A stretch of 64,000 bases of DNA from an uncultured Gemmatimonadaceae bacterium. Its GTDB lineage: Bacteria; Gemmatimonadota; Gemmatimonadetes; Gemmatimonadales; Gemmatimonadaceae. The stretch covers positions 672,001-736,000 of the forward strand of contig CAVVTZ010000007.1 of assembly GCA_963751275.1 (NCBI GenBank). Reading direction: 5' to 3'. Positions 42,759 through 52,477 of the stretch are shown piece after piece (the stretch's first letter is position 1; each line of letters opens with the position of its first letter). The notes below the pieces were generated by a model, which saw only the letters and a list, made by a program, of their open reading frames with translations, was not told the origin of the DNA and made no database searches. The position numbers were made by a program, and so were the translations under genes.

Positions 42759-44482
42759 TTAGAAGAGCCTCCCGGCCAGCATCAGGAAGTGCTCGACGAT
42801 CGGGCCGAGCGAGAGCGCCGGGAAGAACGTGAGCGCGCTGACGATGAGGATCACGGCCGACGAGCAGCGCGACGAACAACGGCGTCGTGACCGGGAAGGT
42901 GCCCGCCGACTCGGGGACGATGCGCTTCTCGGAGAGGAAGCCGGCGAGCGCGATCATCGGGACGATCATCGCGAAGCGGCCGATGAGCGTGGTGAGTCCG
43001 AGCAGCGTGTTGTAGAAGTAGGTGCCGCCGGTGAGCCCGGCGAAGGCGCTGCCGTTGTTCCCGGCGGTGGAGCTGAAGGCGTAGAGGATCTCCGACAGTC
43101 CGTGCGGTCCGGCGTTGTTGAGTCCCTTGAGGCCCGCCGGCGTCACCGCCGCGATGCCGGTCATCACCAGGATCGCGCCCGCGAAGACCAGCACGTAGAG
43201 CATCGCCATCTGCACCTCGCGCGCCTGGATCTTCTTGCCGAGGTACTCCGGCGTGCGGCCGACCATGAGGCCGGCGATGAACACGGTGAGCACGACCATC
43301 ACGAGCATGCCGTAGAGGCCGGCGCCGACGCCGCCGAAGATCACTTCGCCGAGCTGGATGTTGACCAGCGGGACGAGGCCGCCGATCGGCGTGAACGAGT
43401 CGTGCATGGAGTTGACCGCGCCGCAGCTCGGCGTCGGTGGTCACCGTGGCGAACAGCGCGGAGTTCGCGATGCCGAAGCGCACTTCCTTGCCTTCCATGT
43501 TGCCGCCGGGATTCCCGCGGCGGATACGCGACGTCGACGCCGCGCGCCGCGTGGATCGGGTTCCCCCGCGCCTCGGCCCAGTACGCGGTGGTGACACCGA
43601 TGAGGAAGAGCACGAACATCGCCGCCCAGACCGCCCAGCCGTGCCGCTGGTTCTTCACCATCCGGCCGAGCATGTACGTGAGCGCCGACGGGATCGCGAA
43701 GATCGCGAACATCTGCCAGAAGTTGCTCCACGGCGTCGGGATTCTCGAACGGATGCGCCGAGTTGGCGTTGAAGAAGCCGCCGCCGTTGGTGCCGAGCTG
43801 CTTGATCGCCTCCTGGCTGGCCACCGGTCCCATGGCGAGCATCTGCGTCGCGCCCTCGAGCGTGGTGACCGTCGTGATAGGGGTGGAAGTTCTGGATCAC
43901 GCCCTGCTGCACGAAGAGCAGCGCGAGCACGAACGAGAGCGGCAGCAGCACGTAGAGCGTGCCGCGGGTCAGGTCGACCCAGAAGTTGCCGAGCTTGCCG
44001 GCGCTCTGGCGCGCGATGCCGCGCACGAATGCCACCGCGAGCGCCATGCCCACCGCGGCCGATGCGAAGTTGTGGAACGCCAGCTGGGTCATCTGCGAGA
44101 AGTACGACATCGTCGTCTCGCCCGAGTACGACTGCCAGTTGGTGTTCGTGGTGAAGGACGCCGAGGTCTCGAAGGCCTGGCGGTCGGGCACCGCACCGAG
44201 GTGCTGCGGGTTGAAGGGCAGCAGATGCTGGAGCCGCAGCACCAGGTAGGTGAGCAGCATCGTCGCGAGGCTGAAGATCAGCATCGACGCGGCGTAGCGC
44301 GTCCAGTGCTGGTCTTCGGCGGCATCGATGCCGCACGACGCGGTAGATGAGCGCGCTCGAGCGGCGCGCAGCCATTTGGCGGTGCCGTCGTACACGCGCA
44401 CGAGATACACGCCCAGCGGTTTCGCGACCGCGAGCACCGCGAGCGAGAAGAAGGCGATCTGGAGCCAGCCGTTGATAGTCAT
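42759..44482 (-). CDS. kdpA: K+-transporting ATPase subunit A (several frameshifts)
   Basis: [36 protein letters not shown] in successive frames; TAA at 42759-42761. Confidence 0.93.
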
Positions 44483-44486
44483 GGGA

Positions 44487-44576
44487 TCAGAACTTCTCGG
44501 GACGGAGCAGGGTGTAGAGCAGATAGATGAGGAGGGCGGCGGCCACGACGCCGCCGATCAGCATGTCGGCGGTCAT
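44487..44576 (-). CDS. kdpF: KdpF small subunit (not in ORF track)
   Basis: Own translation MTADMLIGGVVAAALLIYLLYTLLRPEKF; YL..L.RPEKF motif directly before kdpA. Confidence 0.9.
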   Translation of the reverse strand: MTADMLIGGVVAAALLIYLLYTLLRPEKF

Positions 44577-44689
44577 GACTTGGTCTCCGGGGCTTCCTTG
44601 TCGCGACCCAGGCGCTCGCACCCGCGCGTATACCACAGCATCAGCGCGAAGAAAGCGACGGACAGGGCGACATATGCGAGATCGAGCAT
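44573..44689 (-). CDS. 38-aa single-TM peptide upstream of kdpF
   Basis: MLDLAYVALSVAFFALMLWYTRGCERLGRDKEAPETKS; GAGGA RBS; stop overlaps kdpF ATG. Confidence 0.65.
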   Translation of the reverse strand: MLDLAYVALSVAFFALMLWYTRGCERLGRDKEAPETKS

Positions 44690-44738
44690 GGCGTGGTTCC
44701 TCGGGGGTTCGTTCACCGGGAGGAACGCTATGCGCACC

Positions 44739-44791
44739 GGCATAAAAACGGCGTAAGGATTCCAGGCCGGCGGCATAAAAAGAACGTAAAG
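44739..44791 (-). promoter_or_regulatory. Two KdpE-box-like sites
   Basis: Minus-strand TTTACGTTCTTTTTATGCC and CTTACGCCGTTTTTATGCC, 33 bp apart, upstream of kdp operon. Confidence 0.6.
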
Positions 44792-44828
44792 GAGGGATAA
44801 TCCCGCCGCGGCCGCGGGACGGGCGGTG

Positions 44829-46403
44829 CTACAATGGTGTGTGTTCTACCGCCGGCAGGAGGAGCTCGAAGACACTGCCGCCGCCCGCGCGCGGCCGGAA
44901 GCGCAGCGCGCCGCCCTGCGCGTCGGCGATCCCGCGCGCGATCGTGAGGCCCAGTCCGGAGCCGCCGGTGTCGGACGGCACGCCCGGCGGACGATAGAAT
45001 GGCTCGAAGATCCGGTCGCGCTCGGCCTCGGGGATCCCCGGGCCGCGGTCGGAAACGGCGAACACGAGCATCCCTCCTTCGCGGCGCGCCTCGATCTCCA
45101 CGCTGGTCGCGCGATCGCTGTACTTGAGCGCGTTCTCGACGAGGTTCCCCAGCGCGCGCAGCGAATGCACGAGATCGAACCTGCCGACGAGCAGTTCGTT
45201 GTCGTCCGGCGCGGTCACGAGCACGCGGCGGCCGTGCAGCACGCCCGCCACGCGCTGCAGCACGGCGCCGATCAATTCCTCGGCGGTGTTCAGCTCCGGG
45301 TGGAAACGCGCGGCGCCGCTGCTGATGCGCGACAGTTCGAGCAGATCGCCCACCACGCGCGCGAGGCGGTCGGCCTCCTCTTCAATGGACTCGGCGCGCT
45401 CGTCGCCCGGCGCGGCGCCCGATTCGCCGATCCGGTGCGCCAGCGCCTTGATCGTGGTGAGCGGCGTGCGCAGGTCGTGCGAGACCGCGGCCATCAGCGC
45501 GTCCTTGAGCCGGTCGGCCTCGCGCAGCGCGTCGGCGCGCCCGGCCTCGGCGGTGAGACGCAGACGCTCGACGCCGAGCGCGGCGTAGTACGCGAGTGCC
45601 GTGAGGAATTGGCGCTGCACGCCGGCCAGCGCGATCCCCTTGGCGTCCACGATGCGCAGCACGCCCACGGCGCGGTCGCGCGCGCGCAACGGGAGTACGA
45701 GCACGCGCGCATCGCCCGGGTCGGGCCACATGATGGCGACCGGCGCGACGCTCGCGGTACCGTCGAGCCGCTCCGTAGCGGACGTGCCGTGCCCCGCGAC
45801 CCAGGTGAGCAGACTGTTCGGATCCGCGAGCGCCGGTCCCGCTTCGGCGCCGCCGTTGCCCGCACTCGCGACGAGACGCAACGCCGGCGCACCGGCACGA
45901 TCCTCCTGCGCGTACACCTCGCAGCGTTCGACACCGAGCGTTTCGCGGATCACACCGCTGATGTGCGCGAGCGCATCCTCGGCGCGCCCGGCGCTGAGCG
46001 ATTCGGCGCCGAGCGTCGCGAGCCGTTGCACCTCGGCGGTGCGATCGCGCGCATCGAGGGCGCGGCGTTCGGCGCGCGAGAGGAGTTGCGCCGCGACGAC
46101 GCTCGTCACGAGGAAGGCCACGAGCACGAACCAATCCAGCGGATTCGTGATGATGAAGGTGTTGTACGGCGGCAGGAACAGGAAATCGAAGAGCAGGAAG
46201 GCAAGCCCCGCGAGCGCGAGGCCGAGCGCGCGTCCGCCGGCCGCGCTGCCCGCGAGCACGATGAGCAAGTACACGAGCGCGAACTGCGCCTTGTCGAGCT
46301 GCGCACGATAGAGGAGGAGCAATGCCGTCGCGGCCGCGAGCGCGACGAGCGACGCGAGCCAGGTGAGGAGCGCGCGAGTGCGCGGCGTCATGCCTTCAGC
46401 CAT
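44829..46403 (-). CDS. kdpD: KdpD C-terminal-type sensor kinase (4 TM, GAF, HisKA, HATPase)
   Basis: FDFLFLPPY, VSHDLRTPL, NLVENALKYS, DRGPGI, GSGLGL; no KdpD N-terminal domain. Confidence 0.88.
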   Translation of the reverse strand: MAEGMTPRTRALLTWLASLVALAAATALLLLYRAQLDKAQFALVYLLIVLAGSAAGGRALGLALAGLAFLLFDFLFLPPYNTFIITNPLDWFVLVAFLVTSVVAAQLLSRAERRALDARDRTAEVQRLATLGAESLSAGRAEDALAHISGVIRETLGVERCEVYAQEDRAGAPALRLVASAGNGGAEAGPALADPNSLLTWVAGHGTSATERLDGTASVAPVAIMWPDPGDARVLVLPLRARDRAVGVLRIVDAKGIALAGVQRQFLTALAYYAALGVERLRLTAEAGRADALREADRLKDALMAAVSHDLRTPLTTIKALAHRIGESGAAPGDERAESIEEEADRLARVVGDLLELSRISSGAARFHPELNTAEELIGAVLQRVAGVLHGRRVLVTAPDDNELLVGRFDLVHSLRALGNLVENALKYSDRATSVEIEARREGGMLVFAVSDRGPGIPEAERDRIFEPFYRPPGVPSDTGGSGLGLTIARGIADAQGGALRFRPRAGGGSVFELLLPAVEHTPL

Positions 46404-47121
46404 CGCCGTCGTCCGCGGGCGGCTCGAGGATCAACCGGTAGCCGATGCCGGGTTCCGTGAGGATGAGACGCGGATGAACCGGGTCGCGCTCGAGCTTCCG
46501 CCGCAGATGGCCGACGTACACGCGCAGATACTGCTGCGCGTCGCCGGAGGCGTTGCCCCACACGGCGTGATAGAGCTTCTGATGCGTGGCCGGGCGGTCG
46601 GCGAGGGCGAGCAGGGCGAGCAGGAGATTCCACTCGGTGGGCGTGAGATGCACTTCGTCGCCATCGCGCGTGACGCGGCGCCGCGCGGTGTCGATCACGA
46701 GATGCCCGATCTCGAGTGGCGCCTCGGCGCCGGGCAGCGGCGCCATGCGCGCGCGGCGCAACTGGGCGCGCACGCGCGCGCGGAGTTCGACGATGCTGAA
46801 CGGCTTGGTCACGTAGTCATCGGCGCCCGCGTCGAGCAGCAGCGACTTGTCCTCCTCGCCGGGGCGCGCGGAGAGCACGAGGATCGGCGCGCTCGACCAT
46901 TTCCGCACGGCGCGGCACACTTCAAGGCCGTCCATGTCCGGCAGGCCGAGGTCGAGCACAATGAGGTCGGGCCGCTCCGCTGCGGCGATCGCGATCGCGT
47001 CGCGTCCGGTGGATGCCTCGAGCACGCGCCCCGCCTCGGCGGAGAGCGCGTCGCGGACGAGCGCGCGGATCTTCGGCTCGTCATCGACCACGAGAATCGT
47101 GCCGTTCGCGGCGGCGGTCAT
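46396..47121 (-). CDS. kdpE: OmpR-family response regulator KdpE
   Basis: LDLGLPDMDG, GADDYVTKPF, YLRVYVGHLRRKLE, LTEPGIGYR. Confidence 0.92.
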   Translation of the reverse strand: MTAAANGTILVVDDEPKIRALVRDALSAEAGRVLEASTGRDAIAIAAAERPDLIVLDLGLPDMDGLEVCRAVRKWSSAPILVLSARPGEEDKSLLLDAGADDYVTKPFSIVELRARVRAQLRRARMAPLPGAEAPLEIGHLVIDTARRRVTRDGDEVHLTPTEWNLLLALLALADRPATHQKLYHAVWGNASGDAQQYLRVYVGHLRRKLERDPVHPRLILTEPGIGYRLILEPPADDGDG

Positions 47122-47216
47122 CGGGCGCCCGGGTCGCGCATGGCAGAAACGCTGCCACAATGCGCGGGTCCGCGCCACCCTGTCGCCGCCGCGGCAGCGC
47201 CATGATAACTTCGAGC

Positions 47217-48386
47217 ATGGATCGCCCCGAGAGCGGAGACAGCGCGGAGTTCCTCAAGCTCGTCAGCCGCCGCGAGCGCGGGAAGCTCAAGGTGTACATC
47301 GGCTCGGCCGCGGGCGTGGGCAAGACCTACCGCATGCTCACCGAGGCGCACGCGCTCAAGAAGCGCGGCGTGGACGTCGTGGTGGGTTTCATCGAGACGC
47401 ACGGCCGCGCCGAGACCGCCGCGCTGCTCGAAGGACTCGAGAGCGTGCCGACCCGCAGCATCGAGTATCGCGGCGTCACCATGCGAGAGATGGATGTGGA
47501 CGCGGTGATCGCGCGCAAACCGACCGTGGTGCTCGTGGACGAACTGGCGCACACCAACGTGCCGGGCTCCAAGTTCCGGAAGCGCTGGGAGGATGTGCTG
47601 GCGATCATCGACGCGGGGATCAACGTCATCTGTGCGGTGAACGTGCAGCACCTCGAGTCGCTGAACGACGTGATCCAGCAGACGCTGGGCGTCACGGTGC
47701 GTGAGACCGTGCCGGACTGGGTGATCTCGCAGGCGGATCAGGTGGTGAACATCGATCTCAGTGCGGAGGACCTCCGCGACCGGCTCGCCGAGGGAAAGAT
47801 CTACGGACGCGAGAAGATCCCCGCGGCGCTCGAGAATTTCTTCACGGCCGAGAACCTGACGACGCTGCGCGAGCTGGCGCTGCGCGAGGTGGCGAGCTCG
47901 GTGGACCGCGTGCGCGAGGCGATCGTGCGCCGCGAGACGGGGCAGGCGCCGGTGCCGCGCACCGCGGACCGCATCATGGTGGCGATGTCGAGCGACCCGC
48001 CGCGCACGGCGTCGTTGTTGCGTCGCGCGAGCCGGATCGCCGGGCGGCTCAACACCGACTGGTTCTGCGTGTACGTGCAGACGCCGCACGAGCGCGCCGA
48101 CCGGATCGACACCGCGATCCAGCGGCGCCTGGTGGACAACATCCAGAAGGCGCAGTCGATGGGCGCGATGGTGGTGAAGCTCGAGGACCCCGACGTGCCG
48201 GCGGCGCTCAAGCGCTTCGCGCGCGAGCAGGGGATCGCGCTCCTGATCCTCGGCGCCAGCCGGCGCACGTGGTGGCAGCGTGTCCGCCGGGGATCCGTGG
48301 TGGACGCGATGATCAATGACCCCGGCGGCCTCGACTTGCTGATCGTGGACAGCGATCGGGAAGAACCCGCCGCGGAGATCCCATGA
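47217..48386 (+). CDS. Stand-alone KdpD N-terminal domain + Usp domain
   Basis: GKLKVYIGSAAGVGKTY, ETHGR, VDELAHTN, NVQHLESLND, LRELALRE; no TM or kinase. Confidence 0.9.
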   Translation: MDRPESGDSAEFLKLVSRRERGKLKVYIGSAAGVGKTYRMLTEAHALKKRGVDVVVGFIETHGRAETAALLEGLESVPTRSIEYRGVTMREMDVDAVIARKPTVVLVDELAHTNVPGSKFRKRWEDVLAIIDAGINVICAVNVQHLESLNDVIQQTLGVTVRETVPDWVISQADQVVNIDLSAEDLRDRLAEGKIYGREKIPAALENFFTAENLTTLRELALREVASSVDRVREAIVRRETGQAPVPRTADRIMVAMSSDPPRTASLLRRASRIAGRLNTDWFCVYVQTPHERADRIDTAIQRRLVDNIQKAQSMGAMVVKLEDPDVPAALKRFAREQGIALLILGASRRTWWQRVRRGSVVDAMINDPGGLDLLIVDSDREEPAAEIP

Positions 48387-49381
48387 GGGTCGGCCAGCGG
48401 TTGATGCTCGCGGTGGTGCCGGCGGTGGTCGGCGTGTTCGCCGTGGCCGCGCTCGCGTATTGGGGGCAGTACGCGCATCAAGCGCCCGAGATGGTGATCG
48501 TCGTGGCCGCGGCGGCGGCGTTCGTCTCGCTGGTGCTCGCGTGGCGGAACACGCGCTACGTGGCGCATCGTGTGAGCCAGCTGGCGGCGCGCGCGCGCGA
48601 AGAGCCGGGCGCGGAAAGCGGCGGCTCGCGCGACGAGTTGGATGAGATCGAGCGGACGGTGCACGGCCTGAGCGACGAGGTGCGCGCCGTGGAGAGCGCA
48701 CGCGCCGCGCGCGAAGCCGCCGCCGACCGCCGCACGGAGGAGATGGCGGCGCTGCTCAACGATCTCACCGCGCGGCTCGCCGACGGCATGCGCGATGTGC
48801 AGCTGCCGCTCCACATCCTGCTGGAGTCGCCGTTCGGCGAACTGAACGAGAACCAGGAGGAGATGCTCCAGTCCGCGCGCGATGCGGCGGAGGCGGCGGA
48901 GGTGCAATTGCGCCAGGTGCGGAAGTTCGTGGAGCTGGAGCGCGGCCAGGTGGAGATCCAGGTGAAGCCCGCGGGCCTTGCGGAGTTGCTGCGGCCCGTG
49001 CTCGCGATCGCCGAAGCGCGCGCGGCCAAGCGCAATGTGGCGCTGCAGTCATCGGTCTCGCCCGAGGCGCCCCGGGTGCTGGTCGACCCGATGCACGCGC
49101 AGGAGGCGGTGACGCTCGCGCTGAGCGACGCGGTGGACCGCGTGGCCGCCGGCGGCGAGGTGAGCGTGGAGGCCGCCGAGAGTGCGCCGGGCACAGTCAC
49201 CATTCGGGTGACCGGGATCGCAGCGGATGCGCCGCCCTCGCTGCCGCTGCGTCTCGCGGAGCGGCTGATCCGCGCGCAGGGAGGATCGCTGCAGTCCGTG
49301 AGAGGAGAACTGCGGATCGAACTGAAGGCCGAGGGGCTGCGAGCGACGCGCGCCTCCACATTCCAGGGCGGACCCGTTTAG
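48383..49381 (+). CDS. 2TM-HAMP histidine-kinase-like protein with degenerate catalytic motifs
   Basis: RDELDEI HAMP, LHILLESPFGELNENQEEML DHp-like, RLIRAQGGSL; no H-box His, N, G1 or G2 boxes. Confidence 0.75.
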   Translation: MRVGQRLMLAVVPAVVGVFAVAALAYWGQYAHQAPEMVIVVAAAAAFVSLVLAWRNTRYVAHRVSQLAARAREEPGAESGGSRDELDEIERTVHGLSDEVRAVESARAAREAAADRRTEEMAALLNDLTARLADGMRDVQLPLHILLESPFGELNENQEEMLQSARDAAEAAEVQLRQVRKFVELERGQVEIQVKPAGLAELLRPVLAIAEARAAKRNVALQSSVSPEAPRVLVDPMHAQEAVTLALSDAVDRVAAGGEVSVEAAESAPGTVTIRVTGIAADAPPSLPLRLAERLIRAQGGSLQSVRGELRIELKAEGLRATRASTFQGGPV

Positions 49382-49446
49382 CTTTCCTGTCCGCGGCCCG
49401 ACGGTCGCGCGTCCATCAGCCCGAACACTCCATCCCGAATTCCTCA

Positions 49447-50196
49447 ATGACTCTGCGCGCCCGTCGTGCCTGCCTGATCGTTGGCGCCGCTCTCGCCGCC
49501 GCCGTCTCGTCCGCGCGCGCGCAGGATGCGGCGCCCAAGGACACGGTCAAGAAGTTCGCCGCCGTGTTCAACCTGGGCCTCGTGAATTCCTCGGGGAACA
49601 CCTCGCTCACCACCCTTTCGCTGGGCGATGAGATCACGATCCACGATAAAGCGTGGACGTTCAAGCAGGTGCTCGGCTACGTCTACGGCGAAACCGACAA
49701 GGTCGAGACGGCGAACCAGCTCGCGATTGGCGTGCGCGCCGAGCGCGCGATCGGATCCCGATTCGGGGTCTATCTGGGCGGGCGCTTCTATCGCGACCCG
49801 TACGCCGGCATCGCCCAGCGCTACAGCGAACAGGTTGGCGGCCTCTGGCACGCCGTGATCGCGCCGAAGGACCTGCTCGACTTCGAAGCCGGCGTCGGGT
49901 TGACGCAGGAACGCACGACCAATGACTCGAGCAGTGACTTTCCGAACGGGCGAGTCGCCCTGATGTACCGCCACAGCTGGCAGAAGAGGACGTACTTCCA
50001 GGAGACGGCCGAGTTCCTGCCCGATCTCCAGGACTCCGAGAACTATCGCTCGAACTCGCTCACCGAGCTGCTGGCGCCGTTGTCCGAAAGCATCTCGATG
50101 CGGCTCGCGTATGCGATCGCGTACAACAACAAGCCGCCTTCGGGCAAGAAGGACGCGGACCGGGTGCTGACCGCGGGAATCCAGCTCAGCTTCTAG
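49447..50196 (+). CDS. DUF481/YdiY-like outer-membrane beta-barrel
   Basis: Signal peptide, LGLVNSSGNT, amphipathic strands, terminal Phe. Confidence 0.82.
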   Translation: MTLRARRACLIVGAALAAAVSSARAQDAAPKDTVKKFAAVFNLGLVNSSGNTSLTTLSLGDEITIHDKAWTFKQVLGYVYGETDKVETANQLAIGVRAERAIGSRFGVYLGGRFYRDPYAGIAQRYSEQVGGLWHAVIAPKDLLDFEAGVGLTQERTTNDSSSDFPNGRVALMYRHSWQKRTYFQETAEFLPDLQDSENYRSNSLTELLAPLSESISMRLAYAIAYNNKPPSGKKDADRVLTAGIQLSF

Positions 50197-50224
50197 TCAG
50201 CCTTCGACCGTGTTCAGGGAGTGG

Positions 50225-50434
50225 AACGACTCTGAACGAATGACAGCGCGAAAACTGACGAATCCGGCGAATCACTCCACGTGCGGCGAGGGCCCGGCGC
50301 CGCGCGGGCGGGCACGTGTTCTTGTTGTTGACCAGAAAGGCACGGGCCTTCCAACGGGGCATTGAAGATGATCCGCGCACGGAGCGATTCGCCGGATTCG
50401 TCAGTTTTCGTGCTGCTATTCGTTCACAGTCGTT
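50225..50434. repeat. Inverted-repeat element A (62-bp arms, shared central core)
   Basis: Arms 50225-50286/50373-50434, 8 mismatches; core gtgttcttgttgttgaccagaaa 50316-50338. Confidence 0.85.
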
Positions 50435-50501
50435 TGCGGTTGCGGTTCACGAGGGACCCCGACCGTTGACTGATGACGTGCAATGGCGTCAGCTTAGCCC
50501 A

Positions 50502-51434
50502 ATGAAATACGTCGTCACCGGCGGAGCCGGCTTCATTGGCTCGCATCTCGTAGAGCATCTCGTCGGGAGCGGCCACAGAGTGACCGTCCTCGACGATTTC
50601 TCATCCGGGAAGCGCGAGAACATCGCGCCGTGGCTCGGCAAGATCACGCTCGTCGAGGGGAGCATCACCGATCCCGCCGTGTGCGCGCGCGCGATCGGCG
50701 GCGCCGATTTCGTGCTGCACGAGGCGGCGGTGCCGTCGGTGCCGCGCTCGGTGGCGGATCCCGTCACGTCGCACGCCGTGAATGCGACGGGGACGCTGAA
50801 CGTGCTCATCGCGGCGCGCGACGCCAAGGTGAAGCGCGTCGTGTTCGCGGCCTCTTCATCCGCGTACGGCGATACCGTCGAACTGCCCAAGCACGAAGGG
50901 ATCGTGCCGAGGCCGCGCTCGCCCTACGCCGCGGCCAAGTTGCTCGGTGAGAGCTATTGCCGCGCCTTCCACGCGTCGTACGGGCTGCCGGCGATCAGCC
51001 TGCGGTATTTCAATGTCTTCGGGCCGCGGCAAGATCCGGAGTCGCAATACGCCGCGGTGGTGCCGAAGTTCATCGCGGCCGCGCTCGCAGGCACGCCGCC
51101 CACGATCTACGGCGACGGCGGGCAGACGCGCGATTTCACCTATGTCGAGAATGTCGTGCGCGCGAACCTCGCCGCGTGCACCGCGCCCGACGCGGCGCTC
51201 GGCGAGGTGTTCAACATCGGATGCGGCGAACGAATGAGCGTGCTCGAACTCTGGCGGCGCATCGCGAAGCTCACCGGCGCCACGGTGAAGCCGCGCCACG
51301 AGCCGGAGCGCGCCGGCAATGTGCGCGACTCGCTCGCGTCGCTCGACCGCGCCAAGGCACTCCTCACGTGGGCCCCCACGATCGGCCTCGACGAAGGGCT
51401 CGCGCGCACGCTCGCGGCGGCGCGCCGCGGATAA
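50502..51434 (+). CDS. NAD-dependent sugar epimerase/dehydratase (extended SDR)
   Basis: VTGGAGFIGSH, SVPRSV, YAAAK, LRYFNVFGPRQ, GDGGQTRDF. Confidence 0.93.
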   Translation: MKYVVTGGAGFIGSHLVEHLVGSGHRVTVLDDFSSGKRENIAPWLGKITLVEGSITDPAVCARAIGGADFVLHEAAVPSVPRSVADPVTSHAVNATGTLNVLIAARDAKVKRVVFAASSSAYGDTVELPKHEGIVPRPRSPYAAAKLLGESYCRAFHASYGLPAISLRYFNVFGPRQDPESQYAAVVPKFIAAALAGTPPTIYGDGGQTRDFTYVENVVRANLAACTAPDAALGEVFNIGCGERMSVLELWRRIAKLTGATVKPRHEPERAGNVRDSLASLDRAKALLTWAPTIGLDEGLARTLAAARRG

Positions 51435-51872
51435 GTGCGCGTCCTCCTCCAGCGCGTCTCGCGCGCAGAAGTCCGCGTGAATGGCCAGGCGACCGGCACG
51501 ATCGGCCGCGGCTTCTTGCTGCTGGTGGGCGTCACGCACACCGACACGGAGGCACAGGTCGCGTGGATGGCCGAGAAGGTCGCAGGGCTGCGGCTGTTCG
51601 GCGACGCGGAGGGCAAGATGAACCTCGCGCTCGCCGACGTCGGCGGCGCGGTGCTCGTGGTGTCGCAGTTCACGCTGTACGGGAACGCCGAGAAGGGGCG
51701 GCGGCCGAGCTTCATCGACGCGGCGCGGCCGGATCTCGCGCAACCCCTGTACGAGCGCTTCGTCGCGCTGCTGCGCGAGCAGCAGCTCACGGTGGCCACC
51801 GGGGAGTTCGGCGCGATGATGGATGTCGAGCTCGTGAACGACGGGCCCGTCACGCTCTGGCTCGAGAAGTGA
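51435..51872 (+). CDS. dtd: D-aminoacyl-tRNA deacylase
   Basis: LQRVSRA, VSQFTL, KGRRPSF, NDGPVT. Confidence 0.96.
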   Translation: MRVLLQRVSRAEVRVNGQATGTIGRGFLLLVGVTHTDTEAQVAWMAEKVAGLRLFGDAEGKMNLALADVGGAVLVVSQFTLYGNAEKGRRPSFIDAARPDLAQPLYERFVALLREQQLTVATGEFGAMMDVELVNDGPVTLWLEK

Positions 51873-52465
51873 GCGGCGCGCGCGTCATCCTCGCGTCGGC
51901 GTCGCCACGGCGGCGCGATCTGCTCGACATGGTCGGCATCGCACACGAGGTGGTGCCCGCAGACATCGATGAGACCTATCTCTCCGGCGAGGATCCGCCG
52001 GCGCACGCCGAGCGCCTCGCGCGCGAGAAGTGCGCCGTGCTCGCCAAGCGCGAACCGGATGCGGTCATTATCGCCGCCGACACGATCGTCGTCGTGGATG
52101 GCGACGTGCTCGGCAAGCCCGCCGACGCCTCGGACGCCGCGCGCATGCTGCGCCGCCTCGCGAGCCGCCCGCACACGGTGTTCACCGCGGTCGCCGTCGC
52201 GCGCGGCGGGCGCATGGAGAGCGGCGTCGAGGAGGTCCGCGTCACCTTCCGCGCGCTCGATCACGTCACGATCGAGCGCTACATCGCCACCGGCGAGCCG
52301 ATGGACAAGGCCGGCGCCTACGGCATCCAGGGCTTCGGCGCCGCGCTCGTCGAGCGCATCGATGGCGACTACTTCGCCGTGATGGGCCTCGCGATCGGCC
52401 GGATGCTCGAACTCCTCCGCCGCCTCCGCGTGCGCTACGACTTCACCGGACTCTCGGCCGAGTAG
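51869..52465 (+). CDS. maf: Maf-family nucleotide pyrophosphatase
   Basis: ILASASPRRRDLL, AADTIV, LGKP, DKAGAYGIQG. Confidence 0.95.
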   Translation: MSGARVILASASPRRRDLLDMVGIAHEVVPADIDETYLSGEDPPAHAERLAREKCAVLAKREPDAVIIAADTIVVVDGDVLGKPADASDAARMLRRLASRPHTVFTAVAVARGGRMESGVEEVRVTFRALDHVTIERYIATGEPMDKAGAYGIQGFGAALVERIDGDYFAVMGLAIGRMLELLRRLRVRYDFTGLSAE

Positions 52466-52477
52466 TGCGTAGGGAAT

